Assembly: GCF_006345805.1 (NCBI RefSeq)
Contig: NC_043013.1
Location: 39,494,001 to 39,558,000 of the forward strand
DNA from: Octopus sinensis
Lineage: Eukaryota
Length of the DNA: 64,000 bases
Reading direction: 5' to 3'
Shown here: positions 25,215-38,412 of the stretch, piece by piece
Position numbering within the stretch: the stretch's first letter is position 1
Layout: each line of letters begins with the position of its first letter
Translations under genes and position numbers: made by a program
Notes under the pieces: generated by a model
Told to the model about the DNA's origin: nothing
The model's input: only the letters and a program-made list of their open reading frames with translations
Database searches by the model: none

Positions 25215-26590
25215 AATCATAGTAGAAACGTATAGAAAAATAAAAGACGAAGACAGGTGTATGAACAACAAGCAAGTTTATTAGTTTGACGCTCGACAAC
25301 ATATTTCGAGCCTAGACTCATCAACTGAAAAGATTAAGAGAAAATAAACAGAGAGAGAATGAAAGAAACCTGTAGATTTCAGCGGTCCAGCATGGCGAAA
25401 TATTGGGAAAAAAGTTTGAAAGAAAGGGAGATAATAAAGTGCTAGTGATCCCAAAAGAAGCTGCGCTTGTGTGTGTGTGGGTATGTGAAAATGGTGTGTT
25501 TGAGTGAGTAAGTGTTTGTATGTGTGTGTGTGTTGTGTGTGTGTGGCAGTTGAGGTGTGCTTTCTCATGTAGTGTGCACATGTGTGCGTCTCTCTCTTTC
25601 TGACTAAACATTGTGCATGTGTATGGTGTATAAATGTGGGCGAAAGTTATCTTTGTCTGTGTATGTTGTGTGAGTTAAGGCGTATTGCGTGTGTATGTAG
25701 ATATTGCCTGTGTGTATGTAGGTATTACGTGCTTGTGTGTGTGTGTGATAGCATAGACTGTCTGTGTTCGGGGTATTATGTGCTTGTGAGGGTGTGGGAG
25801 TGTGCATGAGGGTATGTGTACTTAGTTAAACAGTGAGTGTGGAAACTCATGTAATGGTATGAGTGGGGATGCTATCGAAGATTGTGTGTGAGTGAGTGGA
25901 TAGTGGTGTGGTGTGGATGCTGAGAAGTGGTCACTGCTAGAGTGTGTGTAGAGTGGTGTGGATGCTGTCAAATGAAAAGAGGAGCTGAGGAAGATGCCAG
26001 ATGAAAAGAAGATGTGTGTTGAGGCCATGTGGCGCAAAGGAGCAAAGAGAGATGATTAATTCTTGTTCACGGTGAAGACGGGAGTCCGGATGGTCCCTGT
26101 GCAAAGACAGTCCGAAAACATAGATGCTGTAACGAATGACAGAGCAGAAATGGTGCGAGTCTGGAGTGTCATTGCTGAGTCTGATATCTCGGAGGTGCTC
26201 CGCAAATCGGTCAGCCAAGTGGTGTTTCGCTTGACCGTTGTACAGGGAAGGAGAAAGAGAGAGCAGGAGATGCAGTAAATGACGTTACTAGAAATGCAAG
26301 TAAAGAAGTCGATAGTGTGATAGGGAAGATGATGGGTGCCTGTGAGGATGGTGGTGTTGGAGAAGTAGGGATTGGTGCGGCAGCATGGACGGGAGCAGGG
26401 GAACGAGCCAGGCTGGGAGATGGGGTTAGGGAAGGAACTGTGGTCCAGGAGGTCTCGTAGGTTATGCGCACGTTTTAAGGAGGGAAGGGGTAGGTTGGGC
26501 AAGATGTGCGAGGTGGAGGTGTCGGACTGGAGTCGCCGGAAGGTTAGGAGAACGGTGCGTTGGAGGGGCAGAGTGGAGGGTGGCAGGTGA
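25215..26590 (-). mobile_element. Neptune-type PLE 3' fragment (GIY-YIG)
   Basis: FTCISSNVIYCISC, LADRFAEHLRDIR, EQELIISL.SFAPHGLN across frameshifts. Confidence 0.8.
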
Positions 26591-27104
26591 GTATGTGCGT
26601 GTGTGTACATTTGTATGTATTTGTGTGTATGTTTGAGTGTGTGTATCTATTTTCGTATGTAGGCATATAAGCATACATGTATGCACAAATGTGTGTATGC
26701 ATATTTGCGTGTATATGCGTATATGGCGCATATACACGCATATATCTGTTTGTGAGTATGTGCACTTTTAAATAAGCGTCTGTATTAGATATATAAAGCA
26801 GACAAAAATGGGAAATATATTTCAGAAATATTTGACATAAAATTATTTCACATCTATAAAAGAAATTAGTGCAATTAAACTTCGAACACGTGCTGAATTT
26901 CCAAATAATTGTTGCTCACAGTTTTACGAAGCCTTTATAATATTTGTAGCTTCAAGATAGAAACACCGATGTGACAATGAATTTATTTTCAAAACCATTA
27001 CTGATACAAGGTTAATCGGGGAACTTATATATTTCCAAAATATATTATGGACAACCTAGGATATCTTTCGAAATGAGAAGAATGTCTCAGATTTCTGTAG
27101 AGTT

Positions 27105-27493
27105 GCTGTGTGCTAAGTGGCTTGCTTACGAACCACATGGTTCCGGGTTCATTCCCACTGCGTAGCACCTTGGGCAAGTGTCTCCTACTATAGCCTTGGG
27201 CCGACCAAAGCCCTGTGAGTGAATTTGGTAGACGGAAACTGAAAGGAGCCCGTCGTATATATGTATATATATATATATATGCATGTGTGTGTATATGTTT
27301 GTGTCTGTGTTTGTCCCCCCAACATCGCTTGAAAACCGATGCTGGTGTGTTTACGTCCCCATAAAATAGTGGTTTGGAAAAAGAAACCGATAGAATAAGT
27401 GGGCTTACAAAGAATAAGTCCTGGGTCGATTTGCTCGACTATAGGCGGTGCTCCAACATGACCACAGTCAAATGACTGAAACAAGTAAAAGAG
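27105..27493 (+). mobile_element. SINE family A, near full length
   Basis: Similarity to 7805-8205. Confidence 0.85.
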
Positions 27494-27529
27494 TAAATCC
27501 TTCAACAAAAACGCATATTTTCTCCGTGC

Positions 27530-28320
27530 GTGTAAATATATGCGTGTGTGTGTGTTTGCTTGTGTGCGTGCGTGTGTGTATATCTGTGTGCGCGCTTGCG
27601 AGTGTATGTATGTGCGTGTGCGTACATGTATACGTGTGTGTCTCTATGAGAGTGTGTGTGTGGGTGTATACGAGTATGTGTACGCGTATGTAGGTCTGTA
27701 TTTGTGTACGTGTGTCTGTACATGTCCACGTGTATCTGTACATGTGCGTGTGAATGTGTGCGTACGTGTGTGTAGGTCAGTAAGTGTATACGTTTATGTG
27801 TACATATGCGTGTACGTGTGTGTGTGAGTGTGGTGTGAATGTGTGTATGTGTGTGTGAGCGCATGTACGTATGTTTATACGTGTGTGCGTAAGGCAGGTC
27901 TCAGTGTCTGTGTGTCAGTGTATGTGCGTGTCTGTGTGTGTATACATGTGTATATACGTGTATGAGTGTAGGGGCATGTGAATGCGTTGAGAGATATGTG
28001 TTTACCTGGAGCACGAAAACATGCTGGCAGGTGCGCGGAGGTGTGTATATAGATGTGTAGCTGTGTGTGCCACATGTGTATGCGAACCTGCGTCTGTGTA
28101 TTTGTATGTATGAAAGTATGTGTAACGGTGTGTTAACATGGGTGTGTTCTCGTATATGTACGTGTGTGTGTGTGTGTGAGTGTGTGTGTGTGTGCGTGTG
28201 TATGTGTGTGTGTGTAGCTGTGTGTATTGACGTATGTGAGTATTTGTGTGAGTGTGTGCATGAGAGTTTGTGTGTAGTCGTGTGCATATGTGTGGATATA
28301 TACGTAATACGCATGTGTGT
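27530..28320. repeat. Degenerate (TG)n/(TA)n low-complexity tract
   Basis: Direct reading. Confidence 0.85.
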
Positions 28321-28358
28321 TTGTGTGAAGAATATGTTTTAAAACATTCTTTCCAAAA

Positions 28359-28555
28359 TCAGTACTTTATAGCTACTTCACAGTATGAGTAATATCTGAA
28401 TCCTCTACAGTTCAGATCTTCCATGCATTTGATTGCACACGCCATGCTACCTTCGACAGAGCCCAACGTTTGCATCCTTATGTCGGCTAACGTATTCTGT
28501 TTCACCTCAAAAAGAACACTCCTCTTCATAGAGTCATTGCTAATACCGCTTCTGT
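28359..28555 (-). CDS. Terminal coding exon with a PAN/Apple-like domain
   Basis: Strong acceptor ttttaacttttatatttttacAG. Phase-1 frame DRSG...LFEVKQNTL...SMACAIKCMEDLNCRGFRYYSYCEVAIKY*, with PAN-like spacing C-3-C-5-C-x-G-F-x-Y...C. Confidence 0.7.
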
Positions 28556-28724
28556 CTGTAAAAATATAAAAGTTAAAACAATATGAATGGAAGGAACATT
28601 TGTTACGAAATTCTGTATTTACAGTTGTGAATGTTCATATATCTATGCCCACATTCATTTAAAAACTCATACACACGTCCATACATGCAGACTCAGGTGT
28701 ATTTATATTCATATATGTATAGAC

Positions 28725-28725
<1 letters not shown>

Positions 28726-28763
<38 letters not shown>

Positions 28764-28780
28764 CTATCTATCTATCTATA

Positions 28781-28819
<39 letters not shown>

Positions 28820-28854
28820 ATATCTATCTATCTATCTATCTATCCATCTATCTA

Positions 28855-28922
<68 letters not shown>

Positions 28923-28945
28923 ATATCTATCTATCTATCTATCTA
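28726..28945. repeat. (TCTA)n microsatellite
   Basis: Direct reading. Confidence 0.95.
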
Positions 28946-28969
28946 TCATACCTAAGGTATTTTTCGATG

Positions 28970-29078
28970 TTATTAATTATTATTATTATTATTGTTAGTG
29001 TTCAGGTCACTGCTTGGAACCTAACTCTGAATCTTGGGGTTAGTAGCCCGCACTCTTAACCACTGCGCCATATGCCGT
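28970..29078 (-). mobile_element. Very short tRNA-like SINE with (AAT)n tail
   Basis: ggcatatggcgcagtggttaagagtgcgggCTACTAAccccaagattcagagttaggttcc; A box, decayed B box. Confidence 0.55.
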
Positions 29079-29107
29079 GCACACGTGCATATATATATGC
29101 GTGTGTA

Positions 29108-29184
<77 letters not shown>

Positions 29185-29524
29185 ACCCACGTGTCGGATG
29201 AGTTAGTATTTTTTAGAAATTAAGAGAAGCTGCTTACTAGTTCGACTAGAAACAATCTTGTAAGTCAAGAAAATGTGACCAGCAAGCCATGTACAGAGAA
29301 TCGTCGATTCCCCGTAGTGGGTCGTTGGCTACAGTTTATCGCCTTGCGAGAATTTGTTCAGACCATTCTTTAAGAGTCTTCACAGATACTTTCCTGTGTT
29401 CCAAATTTCCCTTCTTTTTCTAATATAGACATATGTGTGTGTGTTTGTGTATGTGTCTATGTTTGTGTGTGTGTGTCTATGTTTGCGTGTGTGAGTTTGA
29501 TGATATGTATAAAGATGTATCTCT

Positions 29525-29770
29525 CTTTTACTATTTTACTCTTTTACTTGTTTTGGTAATTTGACTGCGGTCATGCTGGAGCACCGCTTTTAGTCGAGCA
29601 AATCGCCCCCAGGACCTATTCTTTGTAAGCCTAGTACTCATTCTATCCGTCTCTTTTGCCGAACCGCTAAGTTATGAGGACGTAAACACACCAGCATCGG
29701 TTTTCATGCGATGTTGGGGGGACAAACACAGACACACAAATATATATTTATATATATATGTATATACAGT
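29525..29770 (-). mobile_element. SINE family A, 3' half
   Basis: Similarity to 7805-8205. Confidence 0.8.
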
Positions 29771-29924
29771 TGCAGCCTCAGACAATCTCAGACAATAACA
29801 AATAATATCGTATTTATTGTCTGTGAAAATTATAGAATATAAAACAAATTTGAAAAAAAATTATACCTACTTTTCTGACGAAAACAATGCCGTTCTGAAC
29901 ATTTTGGCCGCAACTGTATATATA

Positions 29925-31895
29925 TCTCTATATATAAAACTGAAATGCGTTTTTACCGCTTGGATCGCTTTCAATGCCACTACGTCCCATCCGATTCGCT
30001 CCAAAATTTACAGGGACATGTAGAATGAGGTGACGGTGCTCGTGGGCTAACTTAGAAATCCCTATCTTAAAAGGTGTGGTTGCTAGGGGCCATCTTCCTC
30101 ACTCACGCTATTTCCTCCTCCCTCTCTTACTCCCCTTAATTTATAACTTTGAAAATTCCACTACCGTTATTAAAGTATCTGTCACTCTCGCTATTTCCTC
30201 TCTTTTTCACTGACACTGTTTCCTACCTTCCCATCACTTCGGCGGCGTTCTTTTAAGTATCTGTCTGTCACCAACAACACACGAGCATGAGAACAAATAT
30301 TATGAATCAGATATTCTTGCGTTCATTTTTATGTGTGTGTGTGTTCTATATATAAATATGTATATATGATGTATGTGTGTGTGTGTGTGTGTGTGTGTTC
30401 TATATATAAATATGTATATATAATGTATATATACAAAGTGTATATATCTGTATTTATGTATATTAAACTTTTTCATAGTTATATATATTTTTAAACAAAT
30501 TATAAATATAATTTAATAATTTTTTTTTCAATTTAAATAATTTAAATTTTTCAATTTTATATTTTATATATTTTCTATATATATTTTTTTTATGTTTTAT
30601 TTTTTCACTGTTTGATTTGCCTATTAGTGGTTTATCTCTAATTTAATTTATAGAGATATATATCTCATTGTATACATTTGTATATATAATGCGTGCACAC
30701 ACACACACACACACACACCACACACACACACACAATATATATAATGTGTGCATTACGTAGGCGGGCGATTCAGCTGAAAATATGCACACCTATGTTAAAA
30801 GTGCTGGCAAGTTTGCATGACAACTATTTTTTTCCTCAAATGAAAGGCGTCACCTCTAGGACAAAATTCCTCATCTTATAAAATGTGGCCCCAGTAGACC
30901 CGAATGAAACGGGTTATATTAACCAAAATGTGAAAAGGGGTCTAAATGGGGCTGGAAGAGGATTAAAATTTAAAGGAGCGGGTGTTTAAGAATTCTCTGT
31001 TACATCAAGCTAAAAAATTTGCGCCAGCCTTTTAATCGTCAATGTGTTGCCGTCCATGATAAAGAAGTTTTGAATGCTTGCCATGGTGAGTCTACTGTCG
31101 TGAGAAAGAATCACTTCAAAACTTGGTGTTTACGAATTTTCTTTTACATCAAGTTCAAAATTTTACGCCAGCCGTTAAACTGTCAATACGTTGTTGTCCG
31201 TCGTTTAGAAATGCCAGCCATGGTGACTTTACTATCCTCAGATTCTATCCCTTCAAACTTTGGTTTCCAATATTTTATTATTTTTATTCAGCTCGCAAGT
31301 TCGTCTGTCCCTTTTAAATGTTAGCGTTTTGCTGTCTGCCTTGAAGCAGACCTTTCCGTTGTCACTGCCTGATATTTATGATTAATCTTTCTAAATACTT
31401 TATTTCTCAACTTACTCAAGATCTTTTGTTGTTTATAAATGGGAGAGAGATAGATAAAGATAGAGAGTAAGAGAAAGCGAGGGAGAGTCCGAGAGAAAGG
31501 AAGAGTAAGAGAGTGGAAAAGGAGAGAGAAACATCATCATCATCATCGTTTAACGTCCGTTTTCCGTGCTAGCATGGGCCGGGGTCTGGGAATCCAGGAG
31601 GCTGCACCAGGCTCCAGTCTGATCTGGCAGTGTTTCTACAGGTGGATGACCTTCCTAACGCCAACTACTCTGTGACCGTAGTGGGTGCTTTTTTCGTGCC
31701 GCCGGCACAGGTGCCAGGGGGGCTCGAAGCGGCAACGATCGGTTGGTGCTTTTTACGTGCCACCGGCACAGAAGCATGTCAAGGCGGTGCTGCAATCGGC
31801 CACGTTCGGATGGTGCTTTTTACGTGCTGAAAGGAAGCAACAGAGAGTAACAACCACACTCTTACCCGCGCGTAGAGCGGGTCACCTTTAGCTAG
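29925..31895 (+). mobile_element. Non-autonomous Helitron, copy 1 of a tandem pair
   Basis: A|TC start, hairpin cccgc-gcgtaga-gcggg at 31865-31881, CTAG at 31892-31895. Confidence 0.85.
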
Positions 31896-32665
31896 TCTCT
31901 ATAGATAAAACTGAAATGCGTTTCCACCGCTTGGATCGCTTTCAAGGCCACTACATCCCGTCGGATTCACTCCAAAATTTACAGGGACATGTAAAGTGAG
32001 GTGACAATGCCCGTGGGCTTCCTTAGAAATCCCTATCTTAAAAGGTGTATTGCTAGGGCCAAAAACCCACTTTGACAAGTCCACTCACGTTCTTTAATGT
32101 ATCTGTCTTCCTCAACTCACTCTCGCTATTTCCTCTCTTCCCAGCACTTTTTCACTCACTCTATTTCCTACCTTCCTATAACTTTCACTTATGTATCTGT
32201 CTGCATTCATAGAGAGAATTATCATCGCCACACCCAACACATGATAACAAATATTATGAATCTCGCCATCGCATTCTATTGTCTGCCTGTCAACGCGCCG
32301 ATCGAGCAAATACAAACAGGACACACCAACGAGCGTTCGTGTTCTGGTGATAACGTAGGTTTTTCGTATCTATTACATTTTAACATTTATTTAGAACCCT
32401 GCAAATTTTTCGTGCTAAATTTTCATTTTTACTACTTTATTATTTTTTCTTAAATTGATGCTTTTATAAAAATCAATTCTAATTGTCTGGGTCAACAGTT
32501 CGTTTCCTCGGAGGATATGGAAATTCCTATTACCCGTCAGAGAAATAACTCCAGTAGCTCACAACTATTTCAACAAAGACAAGGTTACCTGCTCACCAGT
32601 CGAATTCAGCGTCAACGCTCACGTATGAGAGAGACTCCAACACACACACACACATACAGACTCAC

Positions 32666-32706
<41 letters not shown>

Positions 32707-33825
32707 ATATGTGCATTATGTGGTCGGTTGAGCTGAAAATATGCAGACCTATGTTAAAAGTGCTGGCAAGTTTGCATGGCAACTAATTTTTTCCTCAAAT
32801 GAAAGGCATCATATCAAGGACAAAATTCCTCATCTTATAAAATGTGGCCCCAGTAGACCCGAATGAAATCGGGTTATATTAACCGTAATGTGAAAAGGGG
32901 TCTAAATGGGGCTGGAAGAGGATTAAAATTTAAAGGAGCAGGTGTTTAGCAATTCTCTGTTACATCAAGCTAAAAAATTTGCGCCAGCCTTTTAATCGTC
33001 AATGTGTTACCGTCCATGATGAAGAAGTTTTGAATGCTTGGCATCGTGAGTCTACTGTCGTGAGAAAGAATCAATTCAAAACTTGGTGTTTACGAATTTT
33101 CTTTTACATCAAGTTCAAAATTTTACGCCAGCCGTTAAACTGTCAAAACGTTGCTGTCGGTCGTTAAGAAATGCCAGCCATGGTGACTCTACTATCCTCA
33201 GATTCTATCCCTTCAAACTTTGGTTTCCAATATTTTATTATTTTTATTCAGCTCGCAAGTTCGTCTGTCCGTTTTGAATGTTAGTGTTTTGCTTTCTGCC
33301 TTGAAGCAGACCTTTCCGTTGTTACTGCTGATATTTATGTTTGATCTTTCTAAATATTTTATTGCTCAACTTACTCAAGATCTTTTGTTGTTTATAAATG
33401 GGAGAGAGATAGATAAAGATAGAGAGTAAGAGAAAGCGAGGGAGAGTCCGAGAGAAAGGAAGAGTAAGAATGTGGGAAAAGTGAGAGAGAAACAAAGAGG
33501 GAGAATCATCACCATCATCATCATCATCATCGTTTAACGTCCGTTTTCCGTGCTAGCACGGGTTGGACAGTTTGACCAGGGTCTGGGAAGCCAAGAGGCT
33601 GCACCAGGCTCCAGTCTGATCTGGCAGTGTTTCTACAGGTGGATGCCCTTCCTAACGCAAACCACTCTGTCAGAATAGTGGGTGCTTTTTTCGTGCCGCC
33701 GGCACAGGTGCCAGGGGGGCTGGCAGCGGCCACGTTCGGATGGTGCTTTTTACGCGCTGAAAGGAGGCAACAGAAAGTAACAACCACACTCTGACCCGCG
33801 TGTAGAGCGGGGCACATTCAGCTAG
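31896..33825 (+). mobile_element. Non-autonomous Helitron, copy 2 of a tandem pair
   Basis: TC start directly after the CTAG of copy 1, hairpin at 33795-33811, CTAG|T at 33822-33826. Confidence 0.85.
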
Positions 33826-33849
33826 TATATATATATATATATATATATA

Positions 33850-33998
33850 CGACGGGCTTCTCTCAGTTTCGGTCTACCAAATCCACTCACAAGGGTTTGG
33901 TCGGCCCAAGGTTATAGTAAGAGACACTTGCACAAGGTGCCGCGCAGAGGGACAGATACCGGAACCTTATGGTTGGTAAGCACACAGCAACTCCTGCG
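33850..33998 (-). mobile_element. SINE family A, 5' half
   Basis: Similarity to 7805-8205. Confidence 0.75.
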
Positions 33999-35028
33999 CT
34001 TATATAACTTTTAATAATACTTAGAAGGATTAGAGTCGCCATTATGAGGCAAAAAATATAAGCAAGATTCTGAAAACTGAAATTTCTCAAAATTTCATAT
34101 CTAATATTTCTCAAAGAGAATTCGTGAGTTGTGTTCAAGAATGGTACAAATGCATCACTTGGGTGTAGATTGTTGTGAGTAGTACATTGGGTAGGGGAAG
34201 TGTTGCTTTGTTAATATGACCAATGTCAGTTAATAAAAAAGTTATGCCCCCATTTACCTTACTTTCGTAACATCCGTGTTTGTATATACATATATTTGTA
34301 TGTGTGAATGTTGTATGCATGCATGTATGTCTGTGCGCGTCGCTATCTACTTGTAGAGAACATACTGTCGCAGGGGTAAGAATATACTTAATTAATCGAA
34401 CCTGAAAAACTACTGGACACGAAAATTAAAGCTTAAAAACATTGCCTCTAAAGTTCGAAGTGGAAAATAAACAGGGAAAATTGAGAGAAAAATATGGTGT
34501 CTTTGGGAAGCAAGCTTGTAATGTCACTAAATTGAAATGCCTTTTCTCTCTCCTTTTGCGCTCTCTCATGTTCACATCAACTTAAAGCCATACCGAATGT
34601 TCTACGATCATTTAAATGAGAATATTATCCCTCTTGTGCAAGAATTTCTCTTTCTACTCTACTCTTTGTACCGGCATCGCTTCTTAGAGACAAAGAGTAA
34701 TTATTACTGAAACCAAAATTGAAAAGCATAAAATATAAATATTGGATTATTTATATGTATAAAAAATTAAGTAAAATAAATTTTATCAATAGACAAGAAA
34801 TAAATTTTATAGAATGCCATTAAAGAATTCCAGATGTAGGACACCAACACAAAGAAAGTAATATTACAGGAGTTAAATGCCTCTTGTGTGAAACAGAACA
34901 ACAAATATCAGTCGGCCTCTTACAAATAAAACAATCGGATAGCGTCCACATTGTCATTGAGATCTTTTATTTAATTGCGAATTAAATATAAATGATACAG
35001 AAATAATTTACTGAAAACTTCATCTTAC

Positions 35029-35118
35029 CCTCTATCATTCTGAGATACAATAGAAATTTCACATGACATTGGTTTACGTTCATATCCATCAAAACCCTCA
35101 CTTGGTTGTCAAACTTGT
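35029..35118 (-). CDS. Candidate internal exon of the PAN-like gene (phase 1-1, 90 nt)
   Basis: tcgttgtatttcAG...GTAAGA. The only open frame is KFDNQVRVLMDMNVNQCHVKFLLYLRMIE, in phase with 28555. Confidence 0.5.
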
Positions 35119-35598
35119 CTGAAATACAACGACGTAGTTTTACTACTAGTTGTGCATAAACGTATACTTAAAATACATACACCATTGCTTGATTTACTAT
35201 TAAGCAAAATAAGTACCTTCTTCGGGCATAAAGTGAAGGAGGGTACCACAAAATGCTAAACTGTTTGTGGCACAAAAGAAATCTCTTTAAACTTGCTAAA
35301 ATATATTCAAAGTGGTTCATATGATCGGAAAAATTTATTTTATTATTTATTATTGTTTATATTTTGAATTAGATATACATTAGAGCATCGATATCTTTTA
35401 AGTGCTTAGGGTCTCTATGTGTCTTAATCGGGCCCTGAGATACACCAACACACTCCCATACATACACTCCTATTATAAATTTAAATCTAAGTCAACTACA
35501 TTGTAGTCTTGGTAGCCATATCAGGTTATACGAAATACATTTTTCTTTCAAAAACTTTCGTAACCTAGCTAACTAACATTACCCAAACATAAACTTAC

Positions 35599-35650
35599 TT
35601 CGTTTCAGACCATATCCACGATCGACTCTTGAACGAAGTTGTATGGAATG
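35599..35650 (-). CDS. Candidate internal exon of the PAN-like gene (phase 0-1, 52 nt)
   Basis: tattttctactggttAG...GTAAGT; reads HSIQLRSRVDRGYGLKR. Confidence 0.35.
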
Positions 35651-36013
35651 CTAACCAGTAGAAAATAATTGGATTCAAGGTCAATTGAATCTATGAATTC
35701 TATACAGCAGAAATGTACGCAGGACAAATTTAATCTAAATACGTTGTAAAATTGACTGTAGGAATAAAATATGTAGCTGTGTTAATCTCTGTATTAATCT
35801 CCGTATTCATAATCCAGTGAAGCAAAACCATGATTTGCCTATCGAGGAATTACAGTGCGATCATTCACGTTAAGTAATCCGAGGTGCGCCTTACGACTCG
35901 ATAATCGGGATTATAACCGAGTGCTTGTACGATACCCATCTGGATAATTTATGTGTGGATGTGTGTTTGTCTACGTATATGTGTCTGTGTGTAATGATAT
36001 ATATATATATATC

Positions 36014-36051
<38 letters not shown>

Positions 36052-36119
36052 ATATGTGTGTCAATAATAAGGGTTATTACAAAGTAGCATTGCATTAGCT
36101 TTTGCACCTTTATATATAT

Positions 36120-38265
36120 GTAAGGAGAGTTTACGGAAAAATCTAAAGACGAAGACAGGTGGTGTACAAAACAAACAGGTGTATTATTATAACACTCAGG
36201 AATAGAAAAAGTATTTTACGTTTCGAGCATACGCTCTTCTACAGAAAGGGACACGGAAAACAAGGAGAGAAAAAAAATGTGTGTAGTGGCTAACGATCTA
36301 TCATGGCATCTGCCTCAGAAAGAAGGGTCACACACGAGAAGGAAAGTAGGGGAGATAACAAGGTAAAGATAACCCCCAACACGAAGGTGCGTGTGTGCAT
36401 AAGAGAGTATGTGAAAGAGGGCTGGTGGTCTGGACGTGAGCGTGTATGTATGTATAGGTGTGAAAATGTGGGAATGGGTGTGTGGGTGGTGTGTTGTGAT
36501 GTGATGTGTAATGTTGTATGGTGTAGTGTGGTGTGGTGTGATGTTGTTGGAAGGTGGGGAAGGCGAGAGAGGGGAAAGCACGGGTGGGGTGTGGGATCGG
36601 CTGATGGTTGGGGTAGAGGTGGGGTATGTGGTATAGGATGGGGGATGGGAAGGTGGAGTAGGAATGTGTAGGGGTGTGTGGGCCTATGGGGAGGGAAATG
36701 TGGCTAAGTGAGGAGAGAAGAGAGAAAGAAAGTAAGAGAGAAGAGAGAAAGAGGGGGTGAAAGAGTAGGAGAGAAGAGAGGAAAGAGAATAAGAGAGGAA
36801 GAGGAAAGAGGGAAGAGGAGGAAGAAAAGAGAGGAAGAGAGAAAGGAGAGAAGAGAGAAAGAGAAGAGAGGGTGTAAGAGGGAAGAGTAGAGGGATAAGC
36901 GGGAAGAGGAAAGAGGGGAGAGAAGAGAGAAAGAGAGTAGGAGAGAAGAGAGAAAGAGAGTAGGGGTGAAGAGAAGTAGCAGTGAAGAGAAGTAGGAATG
37001 AAGAGAAGTAGGAGTCGGGGCAAGAGAGGAGAGTTGGTTGGGAAGAAGGAGGAGGGAGGGGAGAGAGGAGAGAAGGAGAGTGAGGGAGCAGAGAGAAAGA
37101 GAGAAGAGAGAAAGGGAGTAAGAGAGAAGAGGGAAAGAGAGTAGGGGTGAAAAGACGTAGGAGTGAAGCGAAGTAGGAGTCGGGGAGGAGGTTAGATGAA
37201 GGGGAGGAGAGTTGAGACTGAGTGTCAAAGGCATGGTCGGCACTACAGAGCCTGCGTAGACGGAGGAATTGGGAATAGCGGATAGAAAGCTTGGTGTGTT
37301 TGGGGTGGGAGGAGGAGAAGTTTAGGTATGAGTGTGCTTCTGTGTCTTTGTAGTGGATGGAGGTGGTAAGAGTGGAGTGATGAATGCTGACCGAAATGTC
37401 AAGAATGAAACAGATGTGTTAGAGATAGTGCAGGAGAAGTGGAGGGCAGGATGGAAAGATTTGACGAATGAGGGGAAGGAGTCTAGATGTTCGCGGGAGA
37501 GTGAGGTGGCACCGATACAGTCGTCAATATAACGGCCATATAGTTCGGGAGTGGGAGCAGTGAAACTAGAGAATATTTGGGCCTCAACATAGCCAACGAA
37601 CAGGTTCGCATAGTTGGGGCCCATTCTCGTTCCCATGACCACTCCCAGAACTGCTGGTAGAACGAGAAACAGTTGAGTGAGAGGACAAGTTCGGCCAGAC
37701 GAACGAGTGTGGAGGTGTCGGGTTCGGGAATGGCTGGGAGATCCAGGAAGTGTTTCAGTGCACGCAGCCCCTCGTAGTGAGGGATCACAGTGTAAAGGAG
37801 AAATAGTTGAATAGATGAAAAGGATGGTTGGTGTCATGGATGTGAGAAGGACGAGAAGCCACTAGGGGGGCAAGGACACGGTCGAGATATTTTGAGATAA
37901 GCTCGGTGGGGCAGTTACAAGTGGAGACGATGGGGCGGCCAGGGATGTTGAGTTTGTGAATTTTGGGGAGGAAGTAAAAGGTAAGGGTGCGGGGGTTTCG
38001 AACAATGAGGTTGGATGCGGTGTGGGGGAGACGGGAGGACGAGATGAGGTCATGGATAGTAGAGGATACTGTCTGTTGGTAGCTGGGCGTGGGGTCAGAG
38101 GATAGAGGGCAGTACAAGGAGGTGTCATGAAGTTGGCGGAGAACTTCGCCTTGTAGATGTCCGCGCGCCATATCACCACAGCTCCACCTTTGTCGGTCGG
38201 TTTAATAACGATGTCAGTGCGCCGTCGGAGGGAACGAAGAGCCGAGAGTTTGGCTGGGGAGATGT
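36120..38265 (-). mobile_element. Neptune-type PLE fragment (RT) with low-complexity GA/GT interior and 3' end
   Basis: KPTDKGGAVV, YFLPKIHK...PGRPIVS, MGTRMGPNYANLFVGYVE, YIDD at 37531-37520. The 3' segment resembles 25215-25330. Confidence 0.85.
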
Positions 38266-38269
38266 TGAC

Positions 38270-38412
38270 GAGCTGAGTTCAAATTCCGCCGAGATCGACT
38301 TGCCTTTCATCCTTTCGGGGTCGATAAATTAAGCACCAGTTGCGTACTGGGGTCTATCTAATCGACTGGCACCTCCCCCAAAATTTCAGGCCTGTGCCTA
38401 GTAGAAAGATTA
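38270..38412 (+). mobile_element. SINE family B, 3' unit
   Basis: gagttcaaattccgccgag...catcctttcggggtcgataaa. Confidence 0.8.

Noticed and set aside
36205-36250. GAGC-loop-GCTC-GAAA hairpin at Neptune-like 3' ends (also at about 25300)
   Set aside because: The core is not CUGANGA in register and stem III is unclear. It may be a variant ribozyme but is unsupported by eye.
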